Shown here piece after piece: positions 1-9,290 of a stretch of 64,000 bases of DNA; within the stretch, counting starts at the first letter, position 1, and each line of letters begins with the position of its first letter. Source of the stretch: an uncultured virus (IMG/VR IMGVR_UViG_3300028743_000004) (lineage: Duplodnaviria > Heunggongvirae > Uroviricota > Caudoviricetes); IMG/VR virus record IMGVR_UViG_3300028743_000004. One strand, written 5' to 3'. A program made the position numbers and the translations under genes. The notes below the pieces were generated by a model. That model was not told the origin of the DNA and did no database searches. It was given only the letters and a program-made list of their open reading frames with translations.

Positions 1-86
1 GCGCGCAATGCCCTCGATGTCGAAGGCCTCAGGAGGGACCCAAGCAAGGGGGGGGGTGGGCGCACCATTACAGTGCAAGCGTGCCC

Positions 87-716
87 TCAGCGCGCAGACG
101 CCAGGGCCTTGGCCATAGCTTCACCGAACACCGCGTTGAACCTGCGATCTACCAGCGCCTTTGCGCGGCTTCGGTAATTCAACCGCTTGTTAACGGTGAG
201 CGAATCACCGAAGCGGATCAGCAGCTTCAAGTGAGCTGGCTGCTTTCGCTTGGCAGGCACACGCTGCCAGACACCGTTGACGGTTCCGGACTTCGACTTC
301 ACCGGACCGATGAAGACATCTTTGCGAGCCTTCAACCGATCCAGAACCTTTCGGGGCAACTGCCCGTATTGGTCGAGCTTGATGTTCTTCGGGTTAAAGA
401 GCGCTCTGCCCGACAGTACGTGGCGACCACCACCCTCGTACGGATCCAGGTACTTGGCGGCGATAGGCCGAACAAACACCGTTGCCGTGAGCGTGTCCTT
501 GCGGGCGCCGCGCACACCAACAGACTTCTGAGTGAATGGCTTGGGCTTCTTGAAGGTGGCGGCGATGTTCTGGATTTCGTCAGCCTGGACCTCTTTGGCC
601 AGGGCCGTCAGTGCTTGCGCAGTAGCGAAAGCAACCTGCTTGTAGGCCAAGGCCGAGAGCGATTTGGTGATCTCCTTCACATTGGCCCGGACCGAAATAT
701 CAAACGCTCCAGCCAT
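87..716 (-). CDS. Conserved phage late protein (possible head-tail/morphogenesis), homolog of 45458-46123
   Basis: 209 aa ORF highly similar to the B ORF upstream of terS. Confidence 0.75.
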   Translation of the reverse strand: MAGAFDISVRANVKEITKSLSALAYKQVAFATAQALTALAKEVQADEIQNIAATFKKPKPFTQKSVGVRGARKDTLTATVFVRPIAAKYLDPYEGGGRHVLSGRALFNPKNIKLDQYGQLPRKVLDRLKARKDVFIGPVKSKSGTVNGVWQRVPAKRKQPAHLKLLIRFGDSLTVNKRLNYRSRAKALVDRRFNAVFGEAMAKALASAR

Positions 717-742
717 ATACCACCTCGACAGACAGGCTCTGA

Positions 743-1075
743 TTAAAGCGCTTTCTTGGCCAGAGCCACCGCATCATCCCAGACCAGCTCAAGGTCATGG
801 CCCAGAACAGTCAGGAGTGCGTGCAGTTTGCCCAAGACCGCATCGGAAACGACGCCGGTCATCGGAGTGCCAGGGGTTAAGACGACTTCATCCGATACAG
901 ACAATTGCGAATCGCCACCCTCCTGCGCCAAAGCACTACCAGTCACCGCAGCAGGCGCAGCTACGGAAACACCGTTCAAAACGTCATCTACACCAATAAT
1001 GATTTCGTCAGCCATGCTCTTGCCCTTCGTGAATAGCCCGGAGACCCAGGCGCGGATTGAGTTGAACAGCTTCAT
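743..1075 (-). CDS. Hypothetical late protein
   Basis: ATG 1075 overlaps upstream stop; C-terminus LGHDLELVWDDAVALAKKAL shared with 46361-46654. Confidence 0.7.
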   Translation of the reverse strand: MKLFNSIRAWVSGLFTKGKSMADEIIIGVDDVLNGVSVAAPAAVTGSALAQEGGDSQLSVSDEVVLTPGTPMTGVVSDAVLGKLHALLTVLGHDLELVWDDAVALAKKAL

Positions 1076-1365
1076 TTCGGTATCGCCCCAGCAGGATCGA
1101 ATACATGGCCGCGCCTGGCCCAGGCGTAAAGCACTACGCCTGCATGAAGCATCACGCCGAACGGGTTGACCCAGTGCCCCTGGATGGCAGTAACGAACGC
1201 GCCAAACGCGCCAATGGCAACCAAGTAGAAGGCTGTGCACAGAAGCGGCTGATCGACCGGGCGGACTTTTCGCAGGTAGTCGCAGGCCGCCAGGGCAACG
1301 AGGACGCACAGGAACGCGTCCACCGCACTCATTGCCGATACAAGGATGGTGTTCATGTCAGGCAC
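1072..1365 (-). CDS. Small membrane protein, holin/antiholin-like
   Basis: 97 aa, about 3 hydrophobic segments, holin position after Q. Confidence 0.65.
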   Translation of the reverse strand: MPDMNTILVSAMSAVDAFLCVLVALAACDYLRKVRPVDQPLLCTAFYLVAIGAFGAFVTAIQGHWVNPFGVMLHAGVVLYAWARRGHVFDPAGAIPK

Positions 1366-1681
1366 CTCGCGCCGCAGGGAATGCCCCTATGAACGCCTTG
1401 ATAGCTGGGATGATGTTCATCGCTGTCAGGCCCAGCACAAATGCCACGCCGCACAACAGATCATCAGTCACCGCAAGGCCGAGCTTTGGGGCAAGCCACA
1501 GCGTCACTGGCTGAGTCAGGTAAACCGAAAACCCGAAGCCTGTAGCCACAGCGGTCGCCGCCTGCCCTCGCGTCAGATCTTTCAGAAAACCAAGAGAAAG
1601 AATCGAGCCGATGAAAGCTGCCATGACCACGCCGTATTTGACCAGCACCACGCTTACGGCAGTGCTCGCTGGTTCTGCCAT
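1358..1681 (-). CDS. Putative holin
   Basis: MAEPASTAVSVV start with GGAGAG SD; 3 hydrophobic segments; first late gene after Q. Confidence 0.7.
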   Translation of the reverse strand: MAEPASTAVSVVLVKYGVVMAAFIGSILSLGFLKDLTRGQAATAVATGFGFSVYLTQPVTLWLAPKLGLAVTDDLLCGVAFVLGLTAMNIIPAIKAFIGAFPAARGA

Positions 1682-1897
1682 TGCTCTCTCCGGTACAAAT
1701 TGAATCAGCCCCAGCAGCACTCCCAGCCATAGCGATGGGCGTGGAGGAGCCGAAAACGAAAAAGCCCCGGCGAATGCCGAGGCCCAATGAAGTTCAGGAA
1801 GCAAAAAGCCCAGCGAGTGGCTGGGCTTTATTCGTCGTCTCTCATAACGCGCAAGATCGACATGATGGGGTTAATTTACGGCCAGTCGGCCAATGGG

Positions 1898-2461
1898 TCA
1901 AGCGGCATCTACAAAGATTTGTTCGCTGTCGAATATCTCGGTCGCGTGGATCACGGCCTGCTCTTCGAGCCTCTCCAAACGCTTGTGGATTCCGCCTCTC
2001 CAGTTGCGGCGCGTTCTCTCCGGGGAGCCAGCCAGATCCCAGGTGTTCATATCGTAGAACTCGGAGGGGAGCACGATCATGTCGGTGGAGCGCTTCCCAA
2101 CCTGAACACCCTTCAGCCTCGGTATGGCCCAGGCCGTCAGCGCCTTATAGATGAACAGTTGCGGTGCCGGTGACACCATTCGAGCCACCAGCCTGCCGAT
2201 GGCTCCGACCTTGTTGGCCTTGTGCGTGGAGTACTTGGCCACCAGCACATCCCACTGCGCCGGGTCGAGTTGACGGTGCAGTAGCGCGTAGAGGCAGCAG
2301 TCGTAGTCGAACTTGTCGCGCACTGACAGCGTGCTGCCGGTGCCACCCTGCCGAAGGTCGGCGTCGATCAGCTTCTGCCAGGACTGCTTGGTGCTGTTGT
2401 CGATGTTGTCCGCTGCCAGCACCCGCACCAGGGTGCCCATCACGTCTTTGTACATAGCCAT
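1898..2461 (-). CDS. Putative late antiterminator (Q-like)
   Basis: Last gene of the pR operon before the late terminator/holin region; positional call. Confidence 0.6.
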   Translation of the reverse strand: MAMYKDVMGTLVRVLAADNIDNSTKQSWQKLIDADLRQGGTGSTLSVRDKFDYDCCLYALLHRQLDPAQWDVLVAKYSTHKANKVGAIGRLVARMVSPAPQLFIYKALTAWAIPRLKGVQVGKRSTDMIVLPSEFYDMNTWDLAGSPERTRRNWRGGIHKRLERLEEQAVIHATEIFDSEQIFVDAA

Positions 2462-2464
2462 GGC

Positions 2465-2782
2465 TCAATCCCCTGTGTAGTTGGTGCCGCCGGCGCCACG
2501 ACGGTTGTTCTGTTCGTACTGCGCGGAAGGCCCGGATGGGGCCAGCTTGCGAAATTGCGCAAGCAGATGATCGGCGGCCTGCAGGCGAATGCTCAGCTGC
2601 GTCACCAGCACCTCCAGCGGCAGCGCCTCACCGGTTTCGGCGGTGACCCAGCCCGAGGCGTTGCACTGCACGCAGGCCAGCTCATGGAATACGCCCTTGA
2701 TCACCGCGCGCCCGCGGCATGCCGGGCACTTGGCCAGGTCCAGTTGGGCGGCGCGGAATGCTGGGCCGTGGGAATTCTTCAT
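2465..2782 (-). CDS. Zn-finger (CxxC...CxxC) nin-region protein
   Basis: CPACRG and CVQCNASG motifs; homolog at 48671-48988. Confidence 0.75.
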   Translation of the reverse strand: MKNSHGPAFRAAQLDLAKCPACRGRAVIKGVFHELACVQCNASGWVTAETGEALPLEVLVTQLSIRLQAADHLLAQFRKLAPSGPSAQYEQNNRRGAGGTNYTGD

Positions 2783-3078
2783 TATCCGACCACCCTCAGC
2801 CCCTGATCACGAAGCGCCTTCTCCGCCACTTCGCGAGCCCACAACGCATCCGGATCGCCCATCACGGCAGGAAATGGGTTGCTGACTCGCAGAGTTTCTC
2901 GAGACGCCCGCCATGATTCCCAGCGAGCGCAATAACGAGCGGCACGATCAGCGGAGCAGCAAGCCACGCACTGCACGATGTAATCACCTGCCGGGCCAAC
3001 CTTCGACTCCCAGCACATGCCGCTCGGGACCGGGAAGCGCTCCTCGAACTGGGCGCGGTTTACGTCTGTTTTCATCAT
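2782..3078 (-). CDS. Hypothetical nin-region protein
   Basis: 98 aa; near-identical homolog at 48988-49284. Confidence 0.7.
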   Translation of the reverse strand: MMKTDVNRAQFEERFPVPSGMCWESKVGPAGDYIVQCVACCSADRAARYCARWESWRASRETLRVSNPFPAVMGDPDALWAREVAEKALRDQGLRVVG

Positions 3079-3080
3079 TT

Positions 3081-4376
3081 TTAAACCTCGCCCTTAACAA
3101 ATTGTGGTTCTGGCTCGCAGGCCCCGCCGTTCAAGGCGTCTACGAGGTTTTGCGAATCTTCATATCTAACGCCTGTCTGCGCGTAAATCGACTTGAAGCC
3201 GCGCTCATCTAACCAGTTGTGCCACTTCACCAAGGCCAGGCGGCGCTGCTCTTTGGCCTGGGTATTGATGTAGGTGGAAGCGATCTTGCCCAACGAGTGG
3301 TTGAGCAGCATCTCGCCGATGTGGCCGTCGACGCCAAGGTCAGTCCAGGCGGTACGGGCCACCTTGCGCAGGTCGTGACTGGTCCAGGCGCCCTGCCCCA
3401 ACCGAGTGAAGACGGCGCTCGCCTGGTTGTCGCTCAGCGGCTTGCCACGGCGTGACGGGAACAGGAAGCCACCTGCATATCCTTGGGCGGTCTGGAGGTC
3501 ACGGTAGCGGCGCAGCAGTGCGACGACTTGGTCGGTCAGCGGCACCCGCAGCTCGGTCTTGGTCTTGGTGTGTTCGGCCGGCAGGAACCACTCGCGCTCC
3601 GGCAGCGTGATATCCGCCCAGCGCGACTGGCGGGTCTCACCGATGCGGGTGCCGTGGCAGAGCATCATCACGGCCAGCATCGCGTCGCCCGGCGCACGCT
3701 CGAAACGCTCGGCCAGCAGCGTCACCAACTCGGGCACCTGCACATCGCGCAGTCGGGCGGGCTTGGGCTGGATTCGCGCCGATGTGAAGTTGCTGAACTT
3801 CAGTTCGGCCATGGGGTTGATGGGTATCAGATCGAGCTTGCGCGCCTGACGAAAGGCCATGGCGAGCAGCCGGTACAACTGCTGGACATACGACAGCGAC
3901 AGCTCAGCCTGGGCCGGCCACATCAGCAGCTTGTCCAGGCTCTGCGCACTCACATCCCGAAGTAGCAGATCGTCCAGGCGCGGTTTGAGTTGGCAGCCGA
4001 TCGCGGACTTGATGGCTGAGCGGCGCTTGTCGGACAGTGCCCGCGACCCGGCCATGCGGTCACCGAACCAATCAAGCAGCTCGCCCACGGTCAACCAGCC
4101 CGACACGCTGGCCGCGCCATCAGCCGCCACGCGCAGGCGCACCGCCGGCAAAGCCGCGATCACCTGCTTGGTGTTCAGGTCAGGAAAGGCGCCAATACGG
4201 TGCCACTGGCGCTTGTTGAGCAAGTACCAGGAACCGCGCGCACGGTTCTTGGCGAAACGAAAGTGCAGCGCCGGGTGACTGGCATCGCGCAGATCACGCA
4301 CATGCTCAAGTTTGGCATTGCGGGCGATCTCGGCATCCGACAGCTTCACCGTCAGGGTTTTGATTTGGGTGCTCAA
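3081..4376 (-). CDS. Tyrosine recombinase in the replication/nin operon
   Basis: TTG start overlapping upstream stop; HGTRIGE, TKTK, HDLRK, LNH, STY catalytic motifs. Confidence 0.88.
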   Translation of the reverse strand: MSTQIKTLTVKLSDAEIARNAKLEHVRDLRDASHPALHFRFAKNRARGSWYLLNKRQWHRIGAFPDLNTKQVIAALPAVRLRVAADGAASVSGWLTVGELLDWFGDRMAGSRALSDKRRSAIKSAIGCQLKPRLDDLLLRDVSAQSLDKLLMWPAQAELSLSYVQQLYRLLAMAFRQARKLDLIPINPMAELKFSNFTSARIQPKPARLRDVQVPELVTLLAERFERAPGDAMLAVMMLCHGTRIGETRQSRWADITLPEREWFLPAEHTKTKTELRVPLTDQVVALLRRYRDLQTAQGYAGGFLFPSRRGKPLSDNQASAVFTRLGQGAWTSHDLRKVARTAWTDLGVDGHIGEMLLNHSLGKIASTYINTQAKEQRRLALVKWHNWLDERGFKSIYAQTGVRYEDSQNLVDALNGGACEPEPQFVKGEV

Positions 4377-4669
4377 GCGCTCACCTTCCCTTCTTTGATC
4401 AAAATGGCCTGGGTTCGCATGACGCCCTCGGCGTGGTAGAGACGAACTTCGTCTCGAGTCAGTTGCACTGGGGCCCGAAGGCGCCCGTCGGCGATGTCGT
4501 GGCAGTAACCGCAGGCCCACGCAGCCTGGAAGTCGTGGGGCTTCATACCCATTCCGCAAGTACCCGCCAGGCGGTAGTGCGCGAGTACGGTGGTGGACGG
4601 CTCGCAAGAGCAGCCCGGGAATCGAACCTGGCAATCGCGGTCGCGGGCGGCGTTGGTGAGTTTGCTCAC
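4373..4669 (-). CDS. DUF1364/YbcO-like putative nuclease
   Basis: SKLTNAARDRDCQVRFPGC...TTVLAH...ACGYCHD pattern. Confidence 0.8.
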   Translation of the reverse strand: MSKLTNAARDRDCQVRFPGCSCEPSTTVLAHYRLAGTCGMGMKPHDFQAAWACGYCHDIADGRLRAPVQLTRDEVRLYHAEGVMRTQAILIKEGKVSA

Positions 4670-5349
4670 TGGCAACCTCCCGTGCGGCGGGCGCGTAATT
4701 CGGCCAAGGCCTTTTTCCCTACCTCCGGCGTTATCTTCGGTTCCAGGGCCAATTCTGCCACCGGCACCGGGCCCAACTGCTCGCCTTGCCAGATGCGGCG
4801 GCACTGGACCAAGTACTGCTTCTCGAAGCTGATCAAACCAAGCTCACGCGATAGCAGTGGAAGGCTATGAAAGCCCGCGGCGGCCGTAGCGTGGTATACG
4901 GCTGGGTGGTACCACTTCGAGCAATTGCGCATGGCGGGGTGGCAGTTTCGAAGAGCCTGGGCGTATGCGGACTCGACGCTGGGAAGCCCCAAGCCTTCAG
5001 GCGCAAAACACCAACTGACGAACACACCTGGGGCAGGAACGAAAGCCGACTTGCTCGCGCTCACAACGCGCATTCCGTGATCGATCTGCTCCATCCGAGT
5101 GATGCCGGATCGCATAAACTCGCCCAGCCACTCAAGCTTGGAGGCATTCATGACGGCCTCGGTCGGCCAGGACTGACGCCAGGCACCGCACGCACCGCGC
5201 AGCCGCAGGAAAAGATCGTCGATTACTGCCTGAGTTGAAGGATCGACAGCGACCACCGCCGGTGACTGGTCGGGCCCCTGATAGGTCGGGTCAGATCGGC
5301 GGCGAGCAACCAGTTCACCCACGGCGACCGGCTTGTTTGATCGGTTCAC
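4666..5349 (-). CDS. Replication protein P-like (helicase loader)
   Basis: Follows the O-like gene; nearly identical to 51299-51982. Confidence 0.75.
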   Translation of the reverse strand: MNRSNKPVAVGELVARRRSDPTYQGPDQSPAVVAVDPSTQAVIDDLFLRLRGACGAWRQSWPTEAVMNASKLEWLGEFMRSGITRMEQIDHGMRVVSASKSAFVPAPGVFVSWCFAPEGLGLPSVESAYAQALRNCHPAMRNCSKWYHPAVYHATAAAGFHSLPLLSRELGLISFEKQYLVQCRRIWQGEQLGPVPVAELALEPKITPEVGKKALAELRARRTGGCQ

Positions 5350-5376
5350 AGGCGCACCCCTTTCGATGCCCAGTCA

Positions 5377-6093
5377 TCACCGGCCGAGCCTTCCTCGCTG
5401 ATCGCTGTTACGGCTGCCGACCAGTTTGAAACACCAGCCGGCGGCGGTATCGAGAACGGATGTTTTGGCTACGAAGAAACCCTTGAAGCCCGACAGCAGC
5501 TCAGGCGTCAGGGCATCAGCTGGCAGACCGGCGATTTTCAGTTGAGTTTGCAGCGCCTCTTCCGGCGGCACGAATTCAGCAAACATGGCGAAGCGCTGGC
5601 GATCATCCCGCGGCTCCAGGGCCTGACGATCTTGCTCAGCAATCAATTCTTCAAGTTCGCGCTGCTGCTCTTCGGTTAATTGATGGTTAAGTGATGTATT
5701 GGGTGCAGTGGCTGCACCCCGTTCTGTCGTAGGCTGCACCCCGTTCTGACCAAGGCTGCACCCCGCCACCTCTTCACGGGGTGCAGTGTCTGCACCCCGC
5801 TTGATCATGAGGTCATACACCACAGGGCGCCGATCGTGGCGATCGATATATACGGCTGCCAACGCCTGGTTACCACGAACGATCAGGCCGCATTCTTCCA
5901 GCAGGTCGAGCTTGATACGGACGGTACGCTCGGAGAGGCCAGTGTCATCGGTCAGTGTTTTTGCCGACGGGAATGCACCAACACCGTTCGAGCTTGCATA
6001 GTTGGCCAGGCACAGCAGCACGTGACGCGCACTTGAGTCTTTGAGGGTTTGAACGGGCAGAGAGAGCGCCCAGGACATTGCTTGAACGCTCAC
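5377..6093 (-). pseudogene. Replication initiator (O-like, HTH) with frameshifted C-terminus
   Basis: HTH FPSAKTLTDDTGLSERTV; 26-bp deletion at 5417/5418 relative to the B ortholog. Confidence 0.7.
5701..5800. repeat. Replication origin iterons (CTGCACCCCG repeats)
   Basis: Four direct CTGCACCCCG copies plus inverted GGGTGCAG copies inside the O-like gene; same array at 52363-52461. Confidence 0.8.
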
Positions 6094-6836
6094 AGCGAAG
6101 CTCCAATATTCTTTTCGGCCAGGTAGGTCAGGCCTTTGGGTGTTACTAGTGCCTGGAATGCTGCACGCTCGACGCCGGTCTCGTTGTCGGGCTTCAGCGC
6201 AGTGACTTTGTGCTTCATGTATCCGGAGCGAATTCGGGGCTCTGCCGCAACCCAGCGAGTAGAGCCACCGCGGCGATAGATCCAGCGGTTGGCCTGCATC
6301 CAGTCGAAGAGCTTCGACGGGGGTATGGCCAGTTGCTTGGCTGCGTCCGTGATGCAGATCGCCCCTTCCGCAGCGGCAAGCCTTTTGATGGCCGCAACCT
6401 TCGGCGCCTGCAGCTCAATGACTCCGATCAGGCGCAGGTTTTCCTCGGCCTGGTCAGCCGCAAGCCGCAATGCTTCAGGAAGCGTTGTCGGGATTTGCGG
6501 GGCGTCCGAGCATGCCTCGAGTTCGCGCCAGCGGCGGACAACAGCCATCCGCAGAGGGGCGCTGTACCCGGTAAGCAAGCAATCCGTGTGCTCGCGGTCC
6601 AGCAAATATTCGGTTTGATTGCGGTTCTGCCCGTCCAAATAGATGTGAGCAAAACTGCTCACATCTTCTTTCAGATCGCGGATCATCGACTGGATGTCGC
6701 GCTTCACGTCGGGATGCCGCTTGCCGGTGAGCTGGGCTATCTCCCGGGAAGACATAATGTGCCGCGACACGTTTTGATCTCGTCGGAAAAGTGTCGCGAC
6801 ATGGGGGGTATTGCTTGGAGCGGTATTGATGTTCAT
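6090..6836 (-). CDS. Rha-family / antirepressor (ANT C-terminal) protein
   Basis: MSSREIAQLTGKRH N-terminus; IPTTLPEALRLAADQ; VTPKGL C-terminus. Confidence 0.85.
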   Translation of the reverse strand: MNINTAPSNTPHVATLFRRDQNVSRHIMSSREIAQLTGKRHPDVKRDIQSMIRDLKEDVSSFAHIYLDGQNRNQTEYLLDREHTDCLLTGYSAPLRMAVVRRWRELEACSDAPQIPTTLPEALRLAADQAEENLRLIGVIELQAPKVAAIKRLAAAEGAICITDAAKQLAIPPSKLFDWMQANRWIYRRGGSTRWVAAEPRIRSGYMKHKVTALKPDNETGVERAAFQALVTPKGLTYLAEKNIGASL

Positions 6837-6981
6837 AATGGCCCCACAAGTTTTATTGCTGTTGAAAGGACCGCCCTGCCAGGCGGTTTTTTTATGCCTG
6901 CAATTTACAAGCACTACTAAGGTCTGAACCTCGCTGGTACGCTGCTGAGTTCTTACGCAAAGCAGTTACCAGGAGGTTCAG

Positions 6982-7275
6982 ATGGAAAGGATGGAAATCA
7001 AGGCGATCGGGATTTTGTGGTTCACCAACTCGACCCAGTACGCTCAGTACCTGGCCATCTTTGATGATGCGAGTGTCATGGCGCCGACCTATGCAAAATG
7101 GCAAAAGCGCGCCGCTGAGGTGTACGAAACAGCTCTCCGCAGCGGAAAGGACGTCATAAAAGTTTATGCAGGCGCTGATGAGTTCAAGACCTGGTGCATC
7201 GCCAACGGAAAAGGGCTCAATGCCGAGGGACGCATGAACTTTGCAGCCTTCAAGGCTGGTGAGAAGTTCCGATAG
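6982..7275 (+). CDS. Conserved hypothetical protein convergent to the pR operon
   Basis: AGGAGG SD; homolog at 53641-53961. Confidence 0.75.
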   Translation: MERMEIKAIGILWFTNSTQYAQYLAIFDDASVMAPTYAKWQKRAAEVYETALRSGKDVIKVYAGADEFKTWCIANGKGLNAEGRMNFAAFKAGEKFR

Positions 7276-7400
7276 CGCGACCCCGCATACGAAAACAACT
7301 GCTTCATCCCGGCGCAGCTCCAACTGCGCCAATCCTCTAGAAATTGTCGAAAGCCCCTGCTCAGCAAATTTAATCTGCATTTCCCGCCGCCTCTCAAAAA

Positions 7401-7416
7401 CTGTATGAATTAACAG
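7401..7416. promoter_or_regulatory. LexA (SOS) box
   Basis: CTGT-ATGAATTA-ACAG fits CTGT-N8-ACAG. Confidence 0.65.
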
Positions 7417-7475
7417 CTGATCCAAACTCTCTGTTCGCCCTTCCACATTCGGCGGAAAATGGCGACATCGAACGG

Positions 7476-7679
7476 TTACGCGGCAACCGGATACAAGTCG
7501 GGCCGTAGCTCTGACCTACTCACACCGGTCAATTTTTCAATGTCCAAAACCCGCTCGGCAGGAACACGCCCCGAGGCGCACATTTTCTGCACTGCCTGGG
7601 GCGTAACCCTGAGCGATCGAGCCAAAGCCGACTGACCACCAGCCAATGCGACGGCCTTCTGAATTGCTGTCTGCTCCAT
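7476..7679 (-). CDS. cro: Cro-like repressor (YdaS-like HTH)
   Basis: GGQSALARSLRVTPQAVQK...ELRPDLY; divergent from cI. Confidence 0.88.
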   Translation of the reverse strand: MEQTAIQKAVALAGGQSALARSLRVTPQAVQKMCASGRVPAERVLDIEKLTGVSRSELRPDLYPVAA

Positions 7680-7699
7680 ACCCACCTCAAAGTTACAGC

Positions 7700-7776
7700 T
7701 ACAACCAAAGGTTACCCGATTCATGCGCAGATCTACAACCAATATTCGCAATTACACCTACAACCATTGTTTGTAT
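7700..7776. promoter_or_regulatory. Prophage A oR operators
   Basis: TACAACCA half-sites at 7700, 7734, 7759 between cro and cI. Confidence 0.7.
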
Positions 7777-7785
7777 GATTGACAC

Positions 7786-8499
7786 ATGAAAAGTATTGGT
7801 GAGCGCATCGCGCTAAAACGTGAAGAGGCCGGGCTGAACCAGTCCGAACTTGGCCGGAGGCTTGGCCTGTCAGCTCAGGCTGTTCAGAAATGGGAGTCCG
7901 GTAAATCCACCCCGAGAAACACGAAGCTCTCAGATATAGCGGCGATCCTGGGCACTTCTGTGAGCTACCTGGTTCAGGGTGATTCGCATACGGACCAATC
8001 CCGAGCCGCGTCTTCAGGCTTGAAGGACATAGACAGCTGGGACGAATCAACCCCTGTAAGAGATGACGAAATCGAAGTACCGTTTCTCCAAGAGGTAGAT
8101 CTTTCTGCTGGGTCTGGCCGATTTGCAATTCAGGAGGACGCAACCCAGAACCTGCGCTTCCCGAAGGCTAAGCTTCGCGACAACAGCGTTCAATTCGATA
8201 GGGCACGCTGCGTAAAGGTCAGGGGAAATAGCATGGTCCCCGTACTGCGTGATGGTGCGACCGTGGGTGTAGATCTTGGGAAGACATCGCTCAAGGATGT
8301 CATTGATGGCGACCTTTACGCAGTGAATCACGCTGGCCAGTTAAGAGTGAAGCAGCTATACCGGCTGCCAACAGGGCTTAGATTGAGAAGCTTTAATCGC
8401 GACGAACACCCAGACGAGGATTATTCGTTCGAGCATCTGCAAGATGAGCCTATCTCGATAATTGGCCACGTCTTTTGGTGGGCGATGTACGCCAGATAA
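7786..8499 (+). CDS. cI: CI-like repressor (HTH + S24 peptidase)
   Basis: HTH LNQSELGRRLGLSAQAVQKWE; GNSM and RVKQL catalytic motifs. Confidence 0.93.
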   Translation: MKSIGERIALKREEAGLNQSELGRRLGLSAQAVQKWESGKSTPRNTKLSDIAAILGTSVSYLVQGDSHTDQSRAASSGLKDIDSWDESTPVRDDEIEVPFLQEVDLSAGSGRFAIQEDATQNLRFPKAKLRDNSVQFDRARCVKVRGNSMVPVLRDGATVGVDLGKTSLKDVIDGDLYAVNHAGQLRVKQLYRLPTGLRLRSFNRDEHPDEDYSFEHLQDEPISIIGHVFWWAMYAR

Positions 8500-8518
8500 G
8501 TCCTCCCCAACCAAAAAT

Positions 8519-8546
8519 AATCCCACCTAACCGTGGGATTTTTTTT
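8519..8546 (+). terminator. Intrinsic terminator after cI
   Basis: AATCCCAC-loop-GTGGGATT followed by a T-run. Confidence 0.75.
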
Positions 8547-8562
8547 GCCCTCAAAAAGTGCT

Positions 8563-8638
8563 TACAACCACAGCAACAACCACCAAGCATTTATTTACAA
8601 CCAAAACACTTGCGCACTCCAACTTATGGTTGTAGATT
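8563..8638 (+). promoter_or_regulatory. Prophage A pL promoter and oL operators
   Basis: TTGCGC-N17-TAGATT (8610-8638) overlapped by TACAACCA/TGGTTGTA sites. Confidence 0.65.
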
Positions 8639-8912
8639 TAAGCCATCGCCGGATAACAACCGGCCAGATGGAAGGCAGCGATGAACCGGCCTCAACGGTT
8701 CAGAGGGTTGGCAACTGACCCGGGCGTGCAGCGTAAAGCGCCAAGAACAGTTATCCAGCGGGAGAACAAGCCGAAAGGCCCGCGGCTGGACAAACAATTT
8801 GATCAGGCCGGCGGCAGCGCCAGTAGCGGGAAGCCGGCCAGCGAGACAAGAAGATTTCACTGGCAGGCCTTCGCAGGAGGGCCTGACGGGAAATCAACCA
8901 GGAGGGAAATCA

Positions 8913-9218
8913 GTGAACTCGAAAATTGTTGTCGGTTTATGGAAAGGCCATCTCGGTAAGGGCCTTGCTCCACGCGAGCTGCAGTACGTGATGGGCGCCG
9001 CCCAGGGGATGACAGCAAAGGAGATAGCCAAGCAATTCAATGTAGCCGCCTGCACCGTTGCAAAGCGGCTTGCCAGCGCGATGTTCAAACTGGGAGTTAC
9101 TCGCCAAACGGCTCTCGTTGCCGAGGCGATGCGGCGCGAAATCATCGTTGGTCTTCCTGAAAGCCCGAATCCTCAAGGCCCGGCAGGAGAATCGAACGAT
9201 GGTGTCTTTATCGCTTAA
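8913..9218 (+). CDS. LuxR-type HTH protein (no ligand domain)
   Basis: LAPRELQYV...GMTAKEIAKQFNVAACTV...AMFKLGV; GGAGG SD before GTG. Confidence 0.85.
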   Translation: MNSKIVVGLWKGHLGKGLAPRELQYVMGAAQGMTAKEIAKQFNVAACTVAKRLASAMFKLGVTRQTALVAEAMRREIIVGLPESPNPQGPAGESNDGVFIA

Positions 9219-9290
9219 ACAACGGCAGAACATCACTTCTGCACCTTGGCGACAGGGTGCAGCGGGATGACAACCGACGAGGAATCAAGC

